Shown piece after piece: positions 1 through 9,100 of a stretch of 64,000 nucleotides of DNA; the first letter of the stretch is position 1; every line of letters begins with the position of its first letter. The notes beneath the pieces are model-generated. The model saw only the letters and a program-made list of their open reading frames with translations, ran no database searches and was not told the DNA's origin. The stretch is from Candidatus Poribacteria bacterium (lineage in GTDB: Bacteria > Poribacteria > WGA-4E > WGA-3G). The position numbers and the translations under genes were made by a program. The stretch spans positions 1,472,133-1,536,132 of the forward strand of contig OZ244616.1 in the NCBI GenBank assembly GCA_965218285.1, in the 5' to 3' direction.

Positions 1-386
1 AATTGGTTAACAATAGTACCAAATTGAGTTTGCGCTGCGTCATAGTCTTTTTGGCGATAGGCGTGCATCCCGAGACGATAGTGTGCCTCTGCAGCTTCAT
101 CGCTTGTGGGTGCTTCAGCAATGACCGCTTCATAAGTTTCAATCCCTTGTTCGGGTTGATGTATATGCTCAATGTAGAGTTCACCTATTGCAAGTTGTGC
201 TGCGCGCGCGTCAGCAGTACCGGGTTTGGTATCTACAACATTTTGATAGACTTCTAATGCACCGCGATAGTCTTTCGTCTCACTTAATTTTTCCGCAGTA
301 CCCATCGCACCACCGGACAAACATCCGATTTGCATTACTGTTATAAGAACAAAAGTAGTAAACAGACAGAAGTTGACAAATTTCAT
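1..386 (-). CDS. TPR-like repeat lipoprotein / secreted protein, 3' end truncated at the window edge (start ATG at 386-384).
   Basis: Reverse-complement translation gives MKFVNFCLFTTFVLITVMQIGCLSGGAMGTAEKL... with no stop before position 1. AGGAGA lies 7 nt upstream. A signal peptide is followed by TPR-like helical repeats (AEAHYRLGMHAYRQKDYDAA). This gene is missing from the ORF track because it runs off the edge. Confidence 0.55.
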   Translation of the reverse strand, partial: MKFVNFCLFTTFVLITVMQIGCLSGGAMGTAEKLSETKDYRGALEVYQNVVDTKPGTADARAAQLAIGELYIEHIHQPEQGIETYEAVIAEAPTSDEAAEAHYRLGMHAYRQKDYDAAQTQFGTIVNQ

Positions 387-568
387 GATTTTTCTCCTTA
401 CCAAGTAGAAATTAACAGGGACGTTTAGAATTTAATTCACAAAACCAGATAGGAATGCTTGCAAACAGATGCTATTATTCTATGAGAGTTTTCTCTTATA
501 GATAGATTTAAGGGACAATTCCGCTAACAGAAAATTGGCATTTTACAACAGACCGCAGCGCGGTCGTA

Positions 569-1756
569 TCAAAAACCACTGATGAGTTTTCGGAGGTATC
601 CCGTATTCACATCCCACAGATGGACGCCATGCCTATTGGCACCTGCGATAGTCTTTCCATCCGGACTGAACACCACTGCAAAGATGCTGGGGTTTCCTAA
701 AATATGTCCGCTGAACCGGTCCCGACGCGGTGGGTTATTCTCCCGATACCCTGTGAGTGTTCGTAGGAGTTTTCCCGTGTTCACATCCCACAGATCAATA
801 TCCTTCCAATTGTTACATGCAATCATGCTTCCATCCGGACTAAATGCCAAGTTCTTACGATAAGGAGACGTGTTTCTTGCGATTGTTCGTAGTTGTTTTC
901 CCGTGTTCACATCCCACAGCCAAATAGTCTGGTCATCACCAACACTTGCGATCATCTTTCCATCAGGACTAAAAATTACGGTATTGAGAGGATGCTTGTG
1001 AGGATGCTTGGGCAGATGCGAATGCCATGTGATTGTTTGTAGGAGTTTACCTATGTCCGCATCCCACAGACAAATGGTCTGGTCTTGACTGCGACTTGCG
1101 ATAGTTTTTCCGTCCGGACTAAACGCCACGCTCCAGACAAAATCCGTATGCCCAGAGAGGGTGCGTACGAGTTTACCTGTGTCCGCATCCAACAGATAAA
1201 GGTTTTTGTCAGGACTGCCACCTACGATCATCTTTCCATCCGGGCTAAACGCGACGTCAAAGACCTGATACCTGAATGTTCGTAGGTTTCTTCCCGTGTT
1301 CACATCCCATATACGAATGGTCAGATCGTGAGTGACACCGGCACTTACGATAGTCTTTCCGTCTGGACGAAATGCCACGTTGTGGACTGTATAGGTATGT
1401 CCTGCGAATTGGACAAGTTCATGACCTGTCTGTGCATCATAGAGCCAAATACCGCTACCACCTGCCACCGCGAGCTTTGTGCCGTCTGGTGAATACGCTA
1501 TATCATTGATCCTGTCTTTCTTGATGCGCCCTTTCGCGCCTTCGGGTAAATGCTCTTGCTGCGGGGCTTGCTGTGGATCATGCAGCGGATCCTCCAATGA
1601 GCCGGGCGGGAGACTGCAGCTCAGAAATGTTAGTTTTATAAACAGTGCTGTGAAAATTGAAAACAATCTGTTTCTCATGGGTGTGTTCTCCTTTTGTGCT
1701 GTTCTAATACCGATTAACGTTGTGTTTATTCTACTATGTGTTGGATTAAATGTCAA
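569..1756 (-). CDS. WD40 repeat (beta-propeller) protein with N-terminal signal/TM segment.
   Basis: At least seven repeats ending in WD/YD dipeptides (IWDVNTG, LWDADIG, LWDVNTG) with the FSPDGK motif repeated. Confidence 0.8.
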   Translation of the reverse strand: MTFNPTHSRINTTLIGIRTAQKENTPMRNRLFSIFTALFIKLTFLSCSLPPGSLEDPLHDPQQAPQQEHLPEGAKGRIKKDRINDIAYSPDGTKLAVAGGSGIWLYDAQTGHELVQFAGHTYTVHNVAFRPDGKTIVSAGVTHDLTIRIWDVNTGRNLRTFRYQVFDVAFSPDGKMIVGGSPDKNLYLLDADTGKLVRTLSGHTDFVWSVAFSPDGKTIASRSQDQTICLWDADIGKLLQTITWHSHLPKHPHKHPLNTVIFSPDGKMIASVGDDQTIWLWDVNTGKQLRTIARNTSPYRKNLAFSPDGSMIACNNWKDIDLWDVNTGKLLRTLTGYRENNPPRRDRFSGHILGNPSIFAVVFSPDGKTIAGANRHGVHLWDVNTGYLRKLISGF

Positions 1757-1782
1757 AGGTTCTGTCTAAATCTCGGATTGTC

Positions 1783-2180
1783 TGAACCAGGATGGACAGG
1801 ATTATGGGATTATCAGGATTAGTATGCTTTTAGATGGATAGCTATCTTCTGCTAGTACCTATACTCCGCACTTCTGATTTCCGATTTCGGTATTTATTTC
1901 TCAAACCTGCGTGGTCCCTACATTGAGTAAGCAATTTCAGGTGAACCAGAAAAAAGACAAGTGGAAAATAGAATCTTAATTCACAACTCCAAATCTCCCC
2001 TATCCTGTGCGAATCCTTTCGTGACACGGGTTTGTCGTAAAAATACCAAAATGTGTCAAAACAAGTGCGGAGTGTAGGCTAGTATTATCTTCAAATCTAT
2101 ATTTCTCGACAAAGTCCTTGTTCATTTGAGGAAGTATCTATAATCCTGAAAATCTGATAATCCTGAAAATCCTGGTTCAG
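1783..2180. repeat. About 400-bp structure bounded by about 40-bp imperfect inverted repeats, with a second nested inverted-repeat pair inside. MITE-like or a large regulatory palindrome.
   Basis: The outer pair is CTGAACCAGGAT..CAGGATTAT..GATTATCAGGATT at 1783-1823 versus its reverse complement at 2138-2180. The inner pair is GCTAGTACCTATACTCCGCACTT at 1848-1870 versus AAGTGCGGAGTGTAGGCTAGTAT at 2063-2087. Confidence 0.5.
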
Positions 2181-2231
2181 ATAATATACGCGTATACATG
2201 TTACATGTCAACTTTTTCTGATAAAAAGAGA

Positions 2232-2260
2232 AGACAGGTAACCGCAAAGTTACCTGTCTA
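2232..2260 (-). terminator. Rho-independent terminator for the 2294-3058 gene.
   Basis: Perfect 11-bp stem AGACAGGTAAC/GTTACCTGTCT, followed on the minus strand by a T-rich run. Confidence 0.5.
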
Positions 2261-2293
2261 TTGTTATTCATACTGATAAATGTGACATAATTT

Positions 2294-3058
2294 TTAATCT
2301 AACGACACAGTCGCAGTATAAGTCTCTTCATACTGTGACATATCTGACCATCGATAAATGACCGCTGTTATCAGAAAACCTCCAGTATGCATTGCACCAC
2401 TTGGGAACGTGTAACTGAATGTAGATTCAGTTGTCGTGCCGTCACCTGAGTCACTCCCTATATATGATCCGCGTTCACTTGTCTCCCAAGGTGCCTTCAC
2501 ATACCAATACACATAGTAATAAGGTGCATCTGTGACAAGTCTGTACTCATGTGCTTCGCCGGGATAAGGAGTGTCATCTGGATCTACGGGGGATATGCCC
2601 AATTGTGGTTCGGGGTTGGTGGGGTTGGTGGCGGGTGGAGGATCAGGAGGAGGCATCGGCTCTGCAGTGTCGTCAGCGTAGGCGGTATACCAGGTTCTCC
2701 CTGTGTCTTGCCCACTAGCATATGCATAAACATAGCCTGAGTTTTCTTCAAACTGAAAATCACGGTGATCCCAAAGCCAGATGTGACTATCAACAGGATA
2801 TTCATTTTTACTATTGGACCATACGTTAGTTATCGCAAGATATATAGACAAGTAACCATTTCTCGCTCGGTCAGTACTAGAAGCCCTTGCATACAAATTG
2901 ACATGTAATCTGTTTTCATTTCCGCCAAAGCGACGGGCATCTACAGAAGCTTCATAGGGACCTTCACGCTGAAAATCTGCTGCTGAAATTTCACTAACTA
3001 CACCACCGAAGAGGATGCCTGAACAGAAAATTAGTAAAAGAACACGATACAATTTCAT
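2294..3058 (-). CDS. Secreted hypothetical protein (signal peptide, Pro-rich central region).
   Basis: N-terminal hydrophobic signal MKLYRVLLLIFCSGILFG and a PPPDPPPATNPTNPEP linker. No recognisable catalytic motif. Confidence 0.5.
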   Translation of the reverse strand: MKLYRVLLLIFCSGILFGGVVSEISAADFQREGPYEASVDARRFGGNENRLHVNLYARASSTDRARNGYLSIYLAITNVWSNSKNEYPVDSHIWLWDHRDFQFEENSGYVYAYASGQDTGRTWYTAYADDTAEPMPPPDPPPATNPTNPEPQLGISPVDPDDTPYPGEAHEYRLVTDAPYYYVYWYVKAPWETSERGSYIGSDSGDGTTTESTFSYTFPSGAMHTGGFLITAVIYRWSDMSQYEETYTATVSLD

Positions 3059-3068
3059 TTTATTTTCC

Positions 3069-3827
3069 TTACCTCGTTAAATCGAGGAATTTGTAGGGGT
3101 CTATACCCCTGTCTGGGTACTCATAAATCTTTATACCTGATGTCTCAGTGTCATGCGTTACGTCTGTGCGCTCAAACATACGGTCAGTAAGGTATAAGGA
3201 TTGCCACTTTTTAGCAGTATTTCCGTCACCGCTTACTCTACCGGCATACCGTCGCCCTACTAAATCTGGGTCACCTTCTTCAATGTAACGCCATTCTACG
3301 TAAAGGACACCAGGAATGGATGGATAAATGAGACCATTATTAGGATCAAACATGGCACCTTTAGTTTGTGTGCCTTGTTTCCATAACTTAACACGGACTC
3401 GGACTAACAACTCATGCTCTGGCGTGGCATTATCCCAAAGTTGTTCCTGAAACGGATAATCAGCGGGAACTTCAGGATACGCACCAAATCCAAAGGGAGA
3501 GATAGGAGCATCCGCAGTTAATTTTGTGTTTATCTCAAACGTGTCGGTTTTTTCTGTTGTCTTCTCTGTGGGAACCGACGTATCCCTAACAGATTCAGAC
3601 CTATTTTCTACAGATTCAAGGGATTCTATCAGCGGCACGTCTGTCTGAACGGTTTTTTGTGCCTTTTGAGATAGATCCCCTTGAAGGACAATATCACCGG
3701 TAGCCGATAACTGTTGTTGGAATGACGCTATATCGTGTTGGTACCAGAAGTAACACAGCACAGCGAAAACAATAAGAAAACCGAAGCCACCGATAAACCA
3801 TTTATTTGTCCAAATGTCGCGAAGCAT
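3069..3827 (-). CDS. Membrane-anchored hypothetical protein, possibly the anti-sigma partner of the upstream ECF sigma factor.
   Basis: A single N-terminal TM segment (WFIGGFGFLIVFAVLCYFW). It is tightly linked to the sigma factor gene, with a 1-bp gap. Confidence 0.4.
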   Translation of the reverse strand: MLRDIWTNKWFIGGFGFLIVFAVLCYFWYQHDIASFQQQLSATGDIVLQGDLSQKAQKTVQTDVPLIESLESVENRSESVRDTSVPTEKTTEKTDTFEINTKLTADAPISPFGFGAYPEVPADYPFQEQLWDNATPEHELLVRVRVKLWKQGTQTKGAMFDPNNGLIYPSIPGVLYVEWRYIEEGDPDLVGRRYAGRVSGDGNTAKKWQSLYLTDRMFERTDVTHDTETSGIKIYEYPDRGIDPYKFLDLTR

Positions 3828-3828
3828 A

Positions 3829-4608
3829 TTATCCTCCGTTTCGTGGCGTTTGCTTTGTGGATTTCTTCCACTGCTTTATCACACGTTTCACGCATACTTC
3901 AACATTAGTCAGGGAAACACCTAATTTTTCACTAATATATTCGAGAGGTTGATTATCTAAATACCGTTCCATTATTTTCCGTTCTTGAGATGGAAGGTTA
4001 TTAAGCAGTTCGTCTAATCGGTGAGCAATCGGGCTCAACCACTTGAGTATCCGCTCCCATCTTTTCTGAACTGCTTCCGGTGTGGAGTCTATCACTTCAG
4101 CAATCTGCTTCGGCTTTAGTCCATCTAATAGGTATTCTACAACCTCAAGATCCTTTCCTGAGAGAAGTCGCAGGAGACGAGTTAACAGATATTGATCAGT
4201 CTCAATCTGCTGTGCCTGCTGTACCGCAAGTATTGATGCGGCTGCAGCTTCTCTTTCACCGTCCAAATTATCAAGAGAGACTAATTCTGGCATCCTGTCA
4301 ACATCTCGTCGTCTGGCTCTTAATCGGTCAATCGCCGCATTTTTCGCGGTCTTATATAACCAACTCACGAGCTTCTCAGGATACTTGATCGTTTCTCTCT
4401 TATTGAAGGCTTTGAGGAAGGTTTCATTCGTAATTTCATCTGCATCTTGATGATCTTTCAAGATCACGAAAACGTGACTACAAATCGACTCATGGTACTT
4501 CTCCATAAGCAAACGCAGTGCTTTTTCGCTGCCTGTTTCCAAAAACCGCCGATGCAGCGCACCATCCTCAACTTCCCCTTCGCTGTAAAAATTTTCAAAT
4601 GTTTTCAT
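3829..4608 (-). CDS. ECF-type sigma-70 family RNA polymerase sigma factor with an extra C-terminal region-4-like HTH.
   Basis: Region 2 is ETFLKAFNKRETIKYPEKLVSWLYKTAKNAAIDRLR. Region 4 is LLRLLSGKDLEVVEYLLDGLKPKQIAEVIDSTPEAVQKR. A second HTH-like segment is LPSQERKIMERYLDNQPLEYISEKLGVSLTNVE. Confidence 0.75.
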   Translation of the reverse strand: MKTFENFYSEGEVEDGALHRRFLETGSEKALRLLMEKYHESICSHVFVILKDHQDADEITNETFLKAFNKRETIKYPEKLVSWLYKTAKNAAIDRLRARRRDVDRMPELVSLDNLDGEREAAAASILAVQQAQQIETDQYLLTRLLRLLSGKDLEVVEYLLDGLKPKQIAEVIDSTPEAVQKRWERILKWLSPIAHRLDELLNNLPSQERKIMERYLDNQPLEYISEKLGVSLTNVEVCVKRVIKQWKKSTKQTPRNGG

Positions 4609-4690
4609 TGGTAGTTACGTAAATTTGGGGACAACTCCGACATATAATCGTATATTTTTTTGATAATATTGATTTATACCCATATACATG

Positions 4691-4892
4691 CAGGGCTATT
4701 TAGTTTTAAGAATTATCAGTTGATGAGTGTTACTGAAAGTTTATATTGTAGGTTGGGTAGAGCGATAGCGAAACCCAACATTTGCGTATACTTGTTGGGT
4801 TTCGCTATCGCTCTACCCAACCTACGATACTATTATAAGCATTAACGTGTGTGATAAAATGCGTCAGAAATATAGAAAACTAAATAACCCTG
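4691..4892. mobile_element. MITE family A, 202 bp, with 17-bp terminal inverted repeats CAGGGYTATTTAGTTTT and a 9-bp target-site duplication ATATACATG.
   Basis: Perfect TIRs CAGGGCTATTTAGTTTT / AAAACTAAATAACCCTG. The flanks ATATACATG are duplicated at 4682-4690 and 4893-4901. The interior carries an about 33-bp-stem palindrome (GTAGGTTGGGTAGAGCGATAGCGAAACCCAACA...). A second copy lies at 49082-49653. Confidence 0.8.
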
Positions 4893-5236
4893 ATATACAT
4901 GGCTAATTTAACCAATACACATATCCCTAACGATACTGAATATCCATAGTAGATTTGACAACAAATGGAAAATAGAGTAAAATACGGTCAGAGTTGAAAC
5001 TCCTTATATCTCCTTATATAGTAGGACTTATGCAAAAGCCCGACATTAATTGACCAAACAGCGGTATACGACACCTTTCATAATTTTAAAGACACAGTAT
5101 TATTAATGACACAGTATTAGGTAGGAAAGGGTGCATAGTATGAAAAATATTGAGTCTCATCTCTAAAAATGGATATTGCGTAAATCCTAATATAAAAGGA
5201 AAATTGAGTTTGTATGACGAATCTGAGGAAGCATTT

Positions 5237-6286
5237 ATGCGTAAAACAAGAAAAGTTGTGATGAGAAATGATGCGGGTCGCATCTTGACAGAGGAGCAGG
5301 AAACACCTGCACCGAAACCGGGGCAGTTGCTGATTGAAGTTCACGCTTCAATGGTTAGTCCCGGCACAGAACTTGGCGGTATCAAACGGAGACGCGAAAA
5401 TCCAGGTTCCGAAACACAGAAGCATTCGTTCGGATATACTAATGCCGGCGTCGTCATCGGTAAAGAGGGAGATTGCGACGAGTTTGAGATTGGCGATAGG
5501 GTTGCAGGTATGGGCGGTGGTTATGCTCTGCACGCTACGTATGCTTGTGTGCCGCATAACTTATGCGCTAAGATACCTGAAAACGTCAAGGCTGAAGAAG
5601 CCGCATGCATTCACCTCGCGGCGACAGCATTGCATGCCGTGCAACGTGGACGTATCCGTATCGGCGAAAACATTGTCATTGCAGGATTAGGTGTTCTCGG
5701 GCAATTTGCGAGCCAGGTTGCCAAAACTGCTGGTGCGTATGTGATCGGTTTAGATCAGCTGCCTTTGCGGATAGGGATTGCTGAAAACGCGGGTATTGAT
5801 TTGGCAATAAATGTCTCTGAAACAGACCCGATTCCGATTGCAAAGGAATTCACCAGAGGATATGGGATGGATTGTGGGATTATCGCCTTTGGTGGGGATG
5901 CAACGAGTGCCTTTCAACAGATTCGCGCGATGTTGAAAACAGCACCGGATACACACAAAATGGGACGAATTGTTATTGTTGGCGGGGCAAGTATTACGCA
6001 CGGTTTTGCGGCGGGACTTGGGAATGTGGATGTTATCAGCGCGGCACGCACCGGACCGGGATACCACGATGAGGATTATGAACACGGTGCTGATTATCCG
6101 CCAGTACTTGTGCCGTGGCCAACACAACGCAACTTAGAACTCGCGTTACGATTGATAGCGGAAGGTAAAATCAAGGTGCAACCGTTGATAACGGATATTG
6201 TGTCAATTGACCAAGCCGCAGACGCATGCGAAAAATTAATTCAAACTCCAAATGAAGCTTTAGGCGTTATCTTCACTATGCAGTAA
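5237..6286 (+). CDS. Zn-dependent medium-chain dehydrogenase/reductase (sorbitol/threonine dehydrogenase-like).
   Basis: GroES-like N-terminal domain followed by a Rossmann glycine loop (VIAGLGVLGQ). The start is placed at the ATG at 5237, which has GAGGAAG 9 nt upstream. The ORF track begins earlier, at 5150. Confidence 0.65.
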   Translation: MRKTRKVVMRNDAGRILTEEQETPAPKPGQLLIEVHASMVSPGTELGGIKRRRENPGSETQKHSFGYTNAGVVIGKEGDCDEFEIGDRVAGMGGGYALHATYACVPHNLCAKIPENVKAEEAACIHLAATALHAVQRGRIRIGENIVIAGLGVLGQFASQVAKTAGAYVIGLDQLPLRIGIAENAGIDLAINVSETDPIPIAKEFTRGYGMDCGIIAFGGDATSAFQQIRAMLKTAPDTHKMGRIVIVGGASITHGFAAGLGNVDVISAARTGPGYHDEDYEHGADYPPVLVPWPTQRNLELALRLIAEGKIKVQPLITDIVSIDQAADACEKLIQTPNEALGVIFTMQ

Positions 6287-6305
6287 CTTTTGTTAGGACA
6301 CATAA

Positions 6306-7517
6306 ATGGAAATTAGAGCAGCTCAGGAATCAGAATTAGAACAAGTTGTCGAACTCAACTGCATGGCGTTCAATCCGAACCAACATGAACGCTATTGGCA
6401 ATATGTCCGAGGTGATAGTAGCTACAGACTCTCACAAACCCGTGTCGTTGTTGTGAATGATCGGGTTGTTTCGACTTTACGTGTTTGGGAACGAAGGATA
6501 AGGATTGGTGCGTCCCTCGTGACGATGGGTGGTATCGGTGGTGTCTGCACACATCCGAAATATCGTGGGGTGGGTTATGCGTCAGCACTCATGCAACAGA
6601 CAATCGCCTATCTAAAAACAACAGGATATGACCTCGGTGTGCTGTTTACTATCATTCCGGAGGAATTTTACCACAAATTCGGGTGGACAACATTTCCGCT
6701 AAATGGCTTCACGATAGCACTTGACTCGGCAACGTTAGATGAAAAACTATCGGACTGGCAGATTAGAGATTTCAACTTAGAAACGGATTTAGATGCTGTG
6801 GCATCAATACATGACATTGCTAACAGACAACAAAGTGGAACCCTTTCTCGGACACGCGCTTATTGGGATATGGAACCTTCGCGCATACGTGGTATTTTTC
6901 CAACCGTTGTCGCACATCAAGATGGGAACATCGGTGGCTATCTGAACTATCAGATCGATGGAAAGTGTGCGGAGGGGCGTGAAGTAGGGCATCTATCCGA
7001 TAATCCAGATGTTTTGGACGCGCTTGTCCACTACCTTTTGCAGGGGTGTGAAGCAGCACAAGTTAAAGAGATCAAGGGGATGTTCTCACCCCAACATCCG
7101 TTTGTCCAACGGCTCATAGCAACGGCCAACAGTGAGATTAGTTTCATCACAGATACAGCAATGATGCTCTATGTCGTCTGTCTACTCGTGCTTTTGCGTC
7201 GTCTCGTAGTAGAGTGGGAATCGCAAATTGCTGCTTCCGAGGAATCGTTTCCGCAAATCGCAGTAAAATTTCCGATTATCAACAACCAACAGGCAGTGTT
7301 GCGTTACAATGGTAATGACACGATCCAAATTGTGGAGGATGCCTCGGATGCGGTTAGTTTGGATATAAGCGAAGAGGATTTTTGGCAACTACTGTTCGGG
7401 GCAATAGGATGGGATCAGGTCAATTCGGATGTATCGGTTTCTGCGGAGGTTTCGGCATTTTTAGGGGCGTTGTTTCCGAAACGTGATGTAATTTTTTGGT
7501 ATCCAGATCGATATTGA
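6306..7517 (+). CDS. GNAT family N-acetyltransferase, Eis-like, with a C-terminal extension.
   Basis: Acetyl-CoA binding motif RGVGYASALMQ within an N-terminal GNAT fold. The about 400-aa length is typical of Eis-like two-domain acetyltransferases. Confidence 0.6.
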   Translation: MEIRAAQESELEQVVELNCMAFNPNQHERYWQYVRGDSSYRLSQTRVVVVNDRVVSTLRVWERRIRIGASLVTMGGIGGVCTHPKYRGVGYASALMQQTIAYLKTTGYDLGVLFTIIPEEFYHKFGWTTFPLNGFTIALDSATLDEKLSDWQIRDFNLETDLDAVASIHDIANRQQSGTLSRTRAYWDMEPSRIRGIFPTVVAHQDGNIGGYLNYQIDGKCAEGREVGHLSDNPDVLDALVHYLLQGCEAAQVKEIKGMFSPQHPFVQRLIATANSEISFITDTAMMLYVVCLLVLLRRLVVEWESQIAASEESFPQIAVKFPIINNQQAVLRYNGNDTIQIVEDASDAVSLDISEEDFWQLLFGAIGWDQVNSDVSVSAEVSAFLGALFPKRDVIFWYPDRY

Positions 7518-7531
7518 GGTACATAGAAAGT

Positions 7532-8446
7532 ATGGATAAATCAAACTCAGAATCTCAAAAGCAGGGCACCCAGACAAGCGCGTTCGGCACACCCGGAAGA
7601 ATCAACCATGACTCCACCGAATTTTATAAAGGGAAACTCTACGCAGAGCAGGAGATACCAGAACCTGATAATTGGATAGAAAACGCTATTCCACCTGAAA
7701 GTCTTGACCAACTCTATTGCACATCTAGCGATCAGATGTCTGCAATTCCAGATGCAAGCATCCATCTGATGGTTACCTCGCCACCCTACAATGCGAAAAA
7801 GGAGTACGACGACGATTTGTCACTGGATGCGTATAGGGAACTTCTCCGATCCGTGTTTGCTGAAACCTATAAAAAACTGGTGACTGGTGGCAGGGCGTGT
7901 ATTAATATCGCTAATTTAGGGCGAAAACCGTATATCCCGTTGCATAGTTACATCATAGAAGATATGTTAGAAATAGGCTACTATATGCGTGGTGAGATCA
8001 TCTGGGACAAAGCCGCAAGTGCGGGGAGTTCTACGGCATGGGGAAGTTGGTTATCGGCGGCGAACCCTGTGTTGAGAGATGTTCACGAATATATCCTCGT
8101 TTTTTCTAAAGATTCCTTTTCTCGAAAACGCAATGGTAAGGAAAATTCTATTCGCAAAGAAGATTTCTTAACGTGGACAAAAAGTGTCTGGACATTTCCT
8201 TCTGTTTCAGCGAAACGTATCGGGCATCCTGCTCCGTTTCCTGAAGAGCTGCCGCATCGCTTAATTCAACTCTATACTTACGTAGGGGATGTTGTTTTGG
8301 ATCCATTTTGTGGGAGTGGAACGACCTGTTTGAGTGCTGTAAAATCTGGTAGGCACTATATTGGTTATGATATTGAGGAAAAATATATTGAACTGGCAAA
8401 CGAACGGATCAGACAGTATACCGATCAACTTCGTTTGCCACTATAA
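7532..8446 (+). CDS. DNA methyltransferase (N6-adenine or N4-cytosine, beta-class). No cognate restriction gene is visible.
   Basis: Motif IV (V)TSPPY precedes motif I FDPFCGSGTT, which is the beta-class order. Start chosen at MDKSN. The ORF track M at 7496 overlaps the upstream gene. Confidence 0.75.
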   Translation: MDKSNSESQKQGTQTSAFGTPGRINHDSTEFYKGKLYAEQEIPEPDNWIENAIPPESLDQLYCTSSDQMSAIPDASIHLMVTSPPYNAKKEYDDDLSLDAYRELLRSVFAETYKKLVTGGRACINIANLGRKPYIPLHSYIIEDMLEIGYYMRGEIIWDKAASAGSSTAWGSWLSAANPVLRDVHEYILVFSKDSFSRKRNGKENSIRKEDFLTWTKSVWTFPSVSAKRIGHPAPFPEELPHRLIQLYTYVGDVVLDPFCGSGTTCLSAVKSGRHYIGYDIEEKYIELANERIRQYTDQLRLPL

Positions 8447-8545
8447 GCTGCCATAAACATTTCATCCTTTGAATCAACATGAGTCCGTCAAATTCGCGTG
8501 TTAATTACTTGGACACTGTGGTAGGTGCGGTTTCCTAACCGCACC

Positions 8546-8833
8546 ATTAGCGTCAATTTAAGGAAATAAACCTATATTTTGGATATCTTAGCCCCAGCGG
8601 GGCGGAATGTGTATAGACCACGATCCATACCAAACTCAAGCCCCAGCGGGGCGAAAGGTGTATATGGGCACATGTTGTCAGACACCTGTCACCCCGCTGG
8701 GGTTCAAGAGACTGTTGGATACCGTTTTCTATGTACCTGTCGCACCGCTGGTGCTAAGATGTGATTTACCAAAGCTCGGGTAGGCGAAAGATGTATCAGA
8801 CGCACTAACGTTACGCACTAAATTGACGCCTAT
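8546..8833. mobile_element. MITE family B, shortened copy. TIRs ATTAGCGTCAATTTA / TAAATTGACGCCTAT, interior made of REP-like GCCCCAGCGGGGC hairpin units, flanked by a duplicated 22-bp palindromic target.
   Basis: Direct repeats GGTGCGGTTTCCTAACCGCACC lie at 8524-8545 and 8834-8855. Full-length 357-bp copies lie at 49168-49524 and 59260-59616. Confidence 0.75.
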
Positions 8834-9100
8834 GGTGCGGTTTCCTAACCGCACCTACCGCGTTGGGGACCCCTAATTGGAGTTGAAGTGTTAGTGCGGG
8901 GGATTTCTCCCCCGCAAGGAGGAATACCAACTCATAATGAATTGTTATTCGGGGGATATTATTAGTATGCCAAATCAACGTCAAACGTATATAACGTATA
9001 TTTGGCATTCGTCGCCTCTCCCTATGGCGAGATGTTATGTCTTTTGCAACATCGTCATTTACACAGAACCCAAGATGATCTTGGACCTTGCTCTACATTC

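Noticed and set aside
3-257. Plus-strand 84-aa ORF at the window start.
   Set aside because: Low-complexity Cys/Phe-rich translation with no start context. The opposite strand carries a well-supported TPR lipoprotein gene with an RBS, so the plus-strand ORF is a shadow ORF.
5150-5236. Extended 5' region of the dehydrogenase ORF (MSLISKNGYCVNPNIKGK...).
   Set aside because: There is no RBS. The internal ATG at 5237 has a GAGGAAG Shine-Dalgarno sequence and gives a normal MDR N-terminus. The upstream extension is probably untranslated leader.
8579-8765. Arrays of 24-29-bp GCCCCAGCGGGGC-containing repeats (also at 49201-49460, 59326-59583 and 11570-11640) looked like a small CRISPR array.
   Set aside because: The units occur in both orientations within one array. 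Spacers are only about 20-25 bp and partly palindromic. Whole arrays are duplicated identically at several loci inside TIR-bounded MITEs. No cas genes are nearby. This is REP/MITE-like, not CRISPR.
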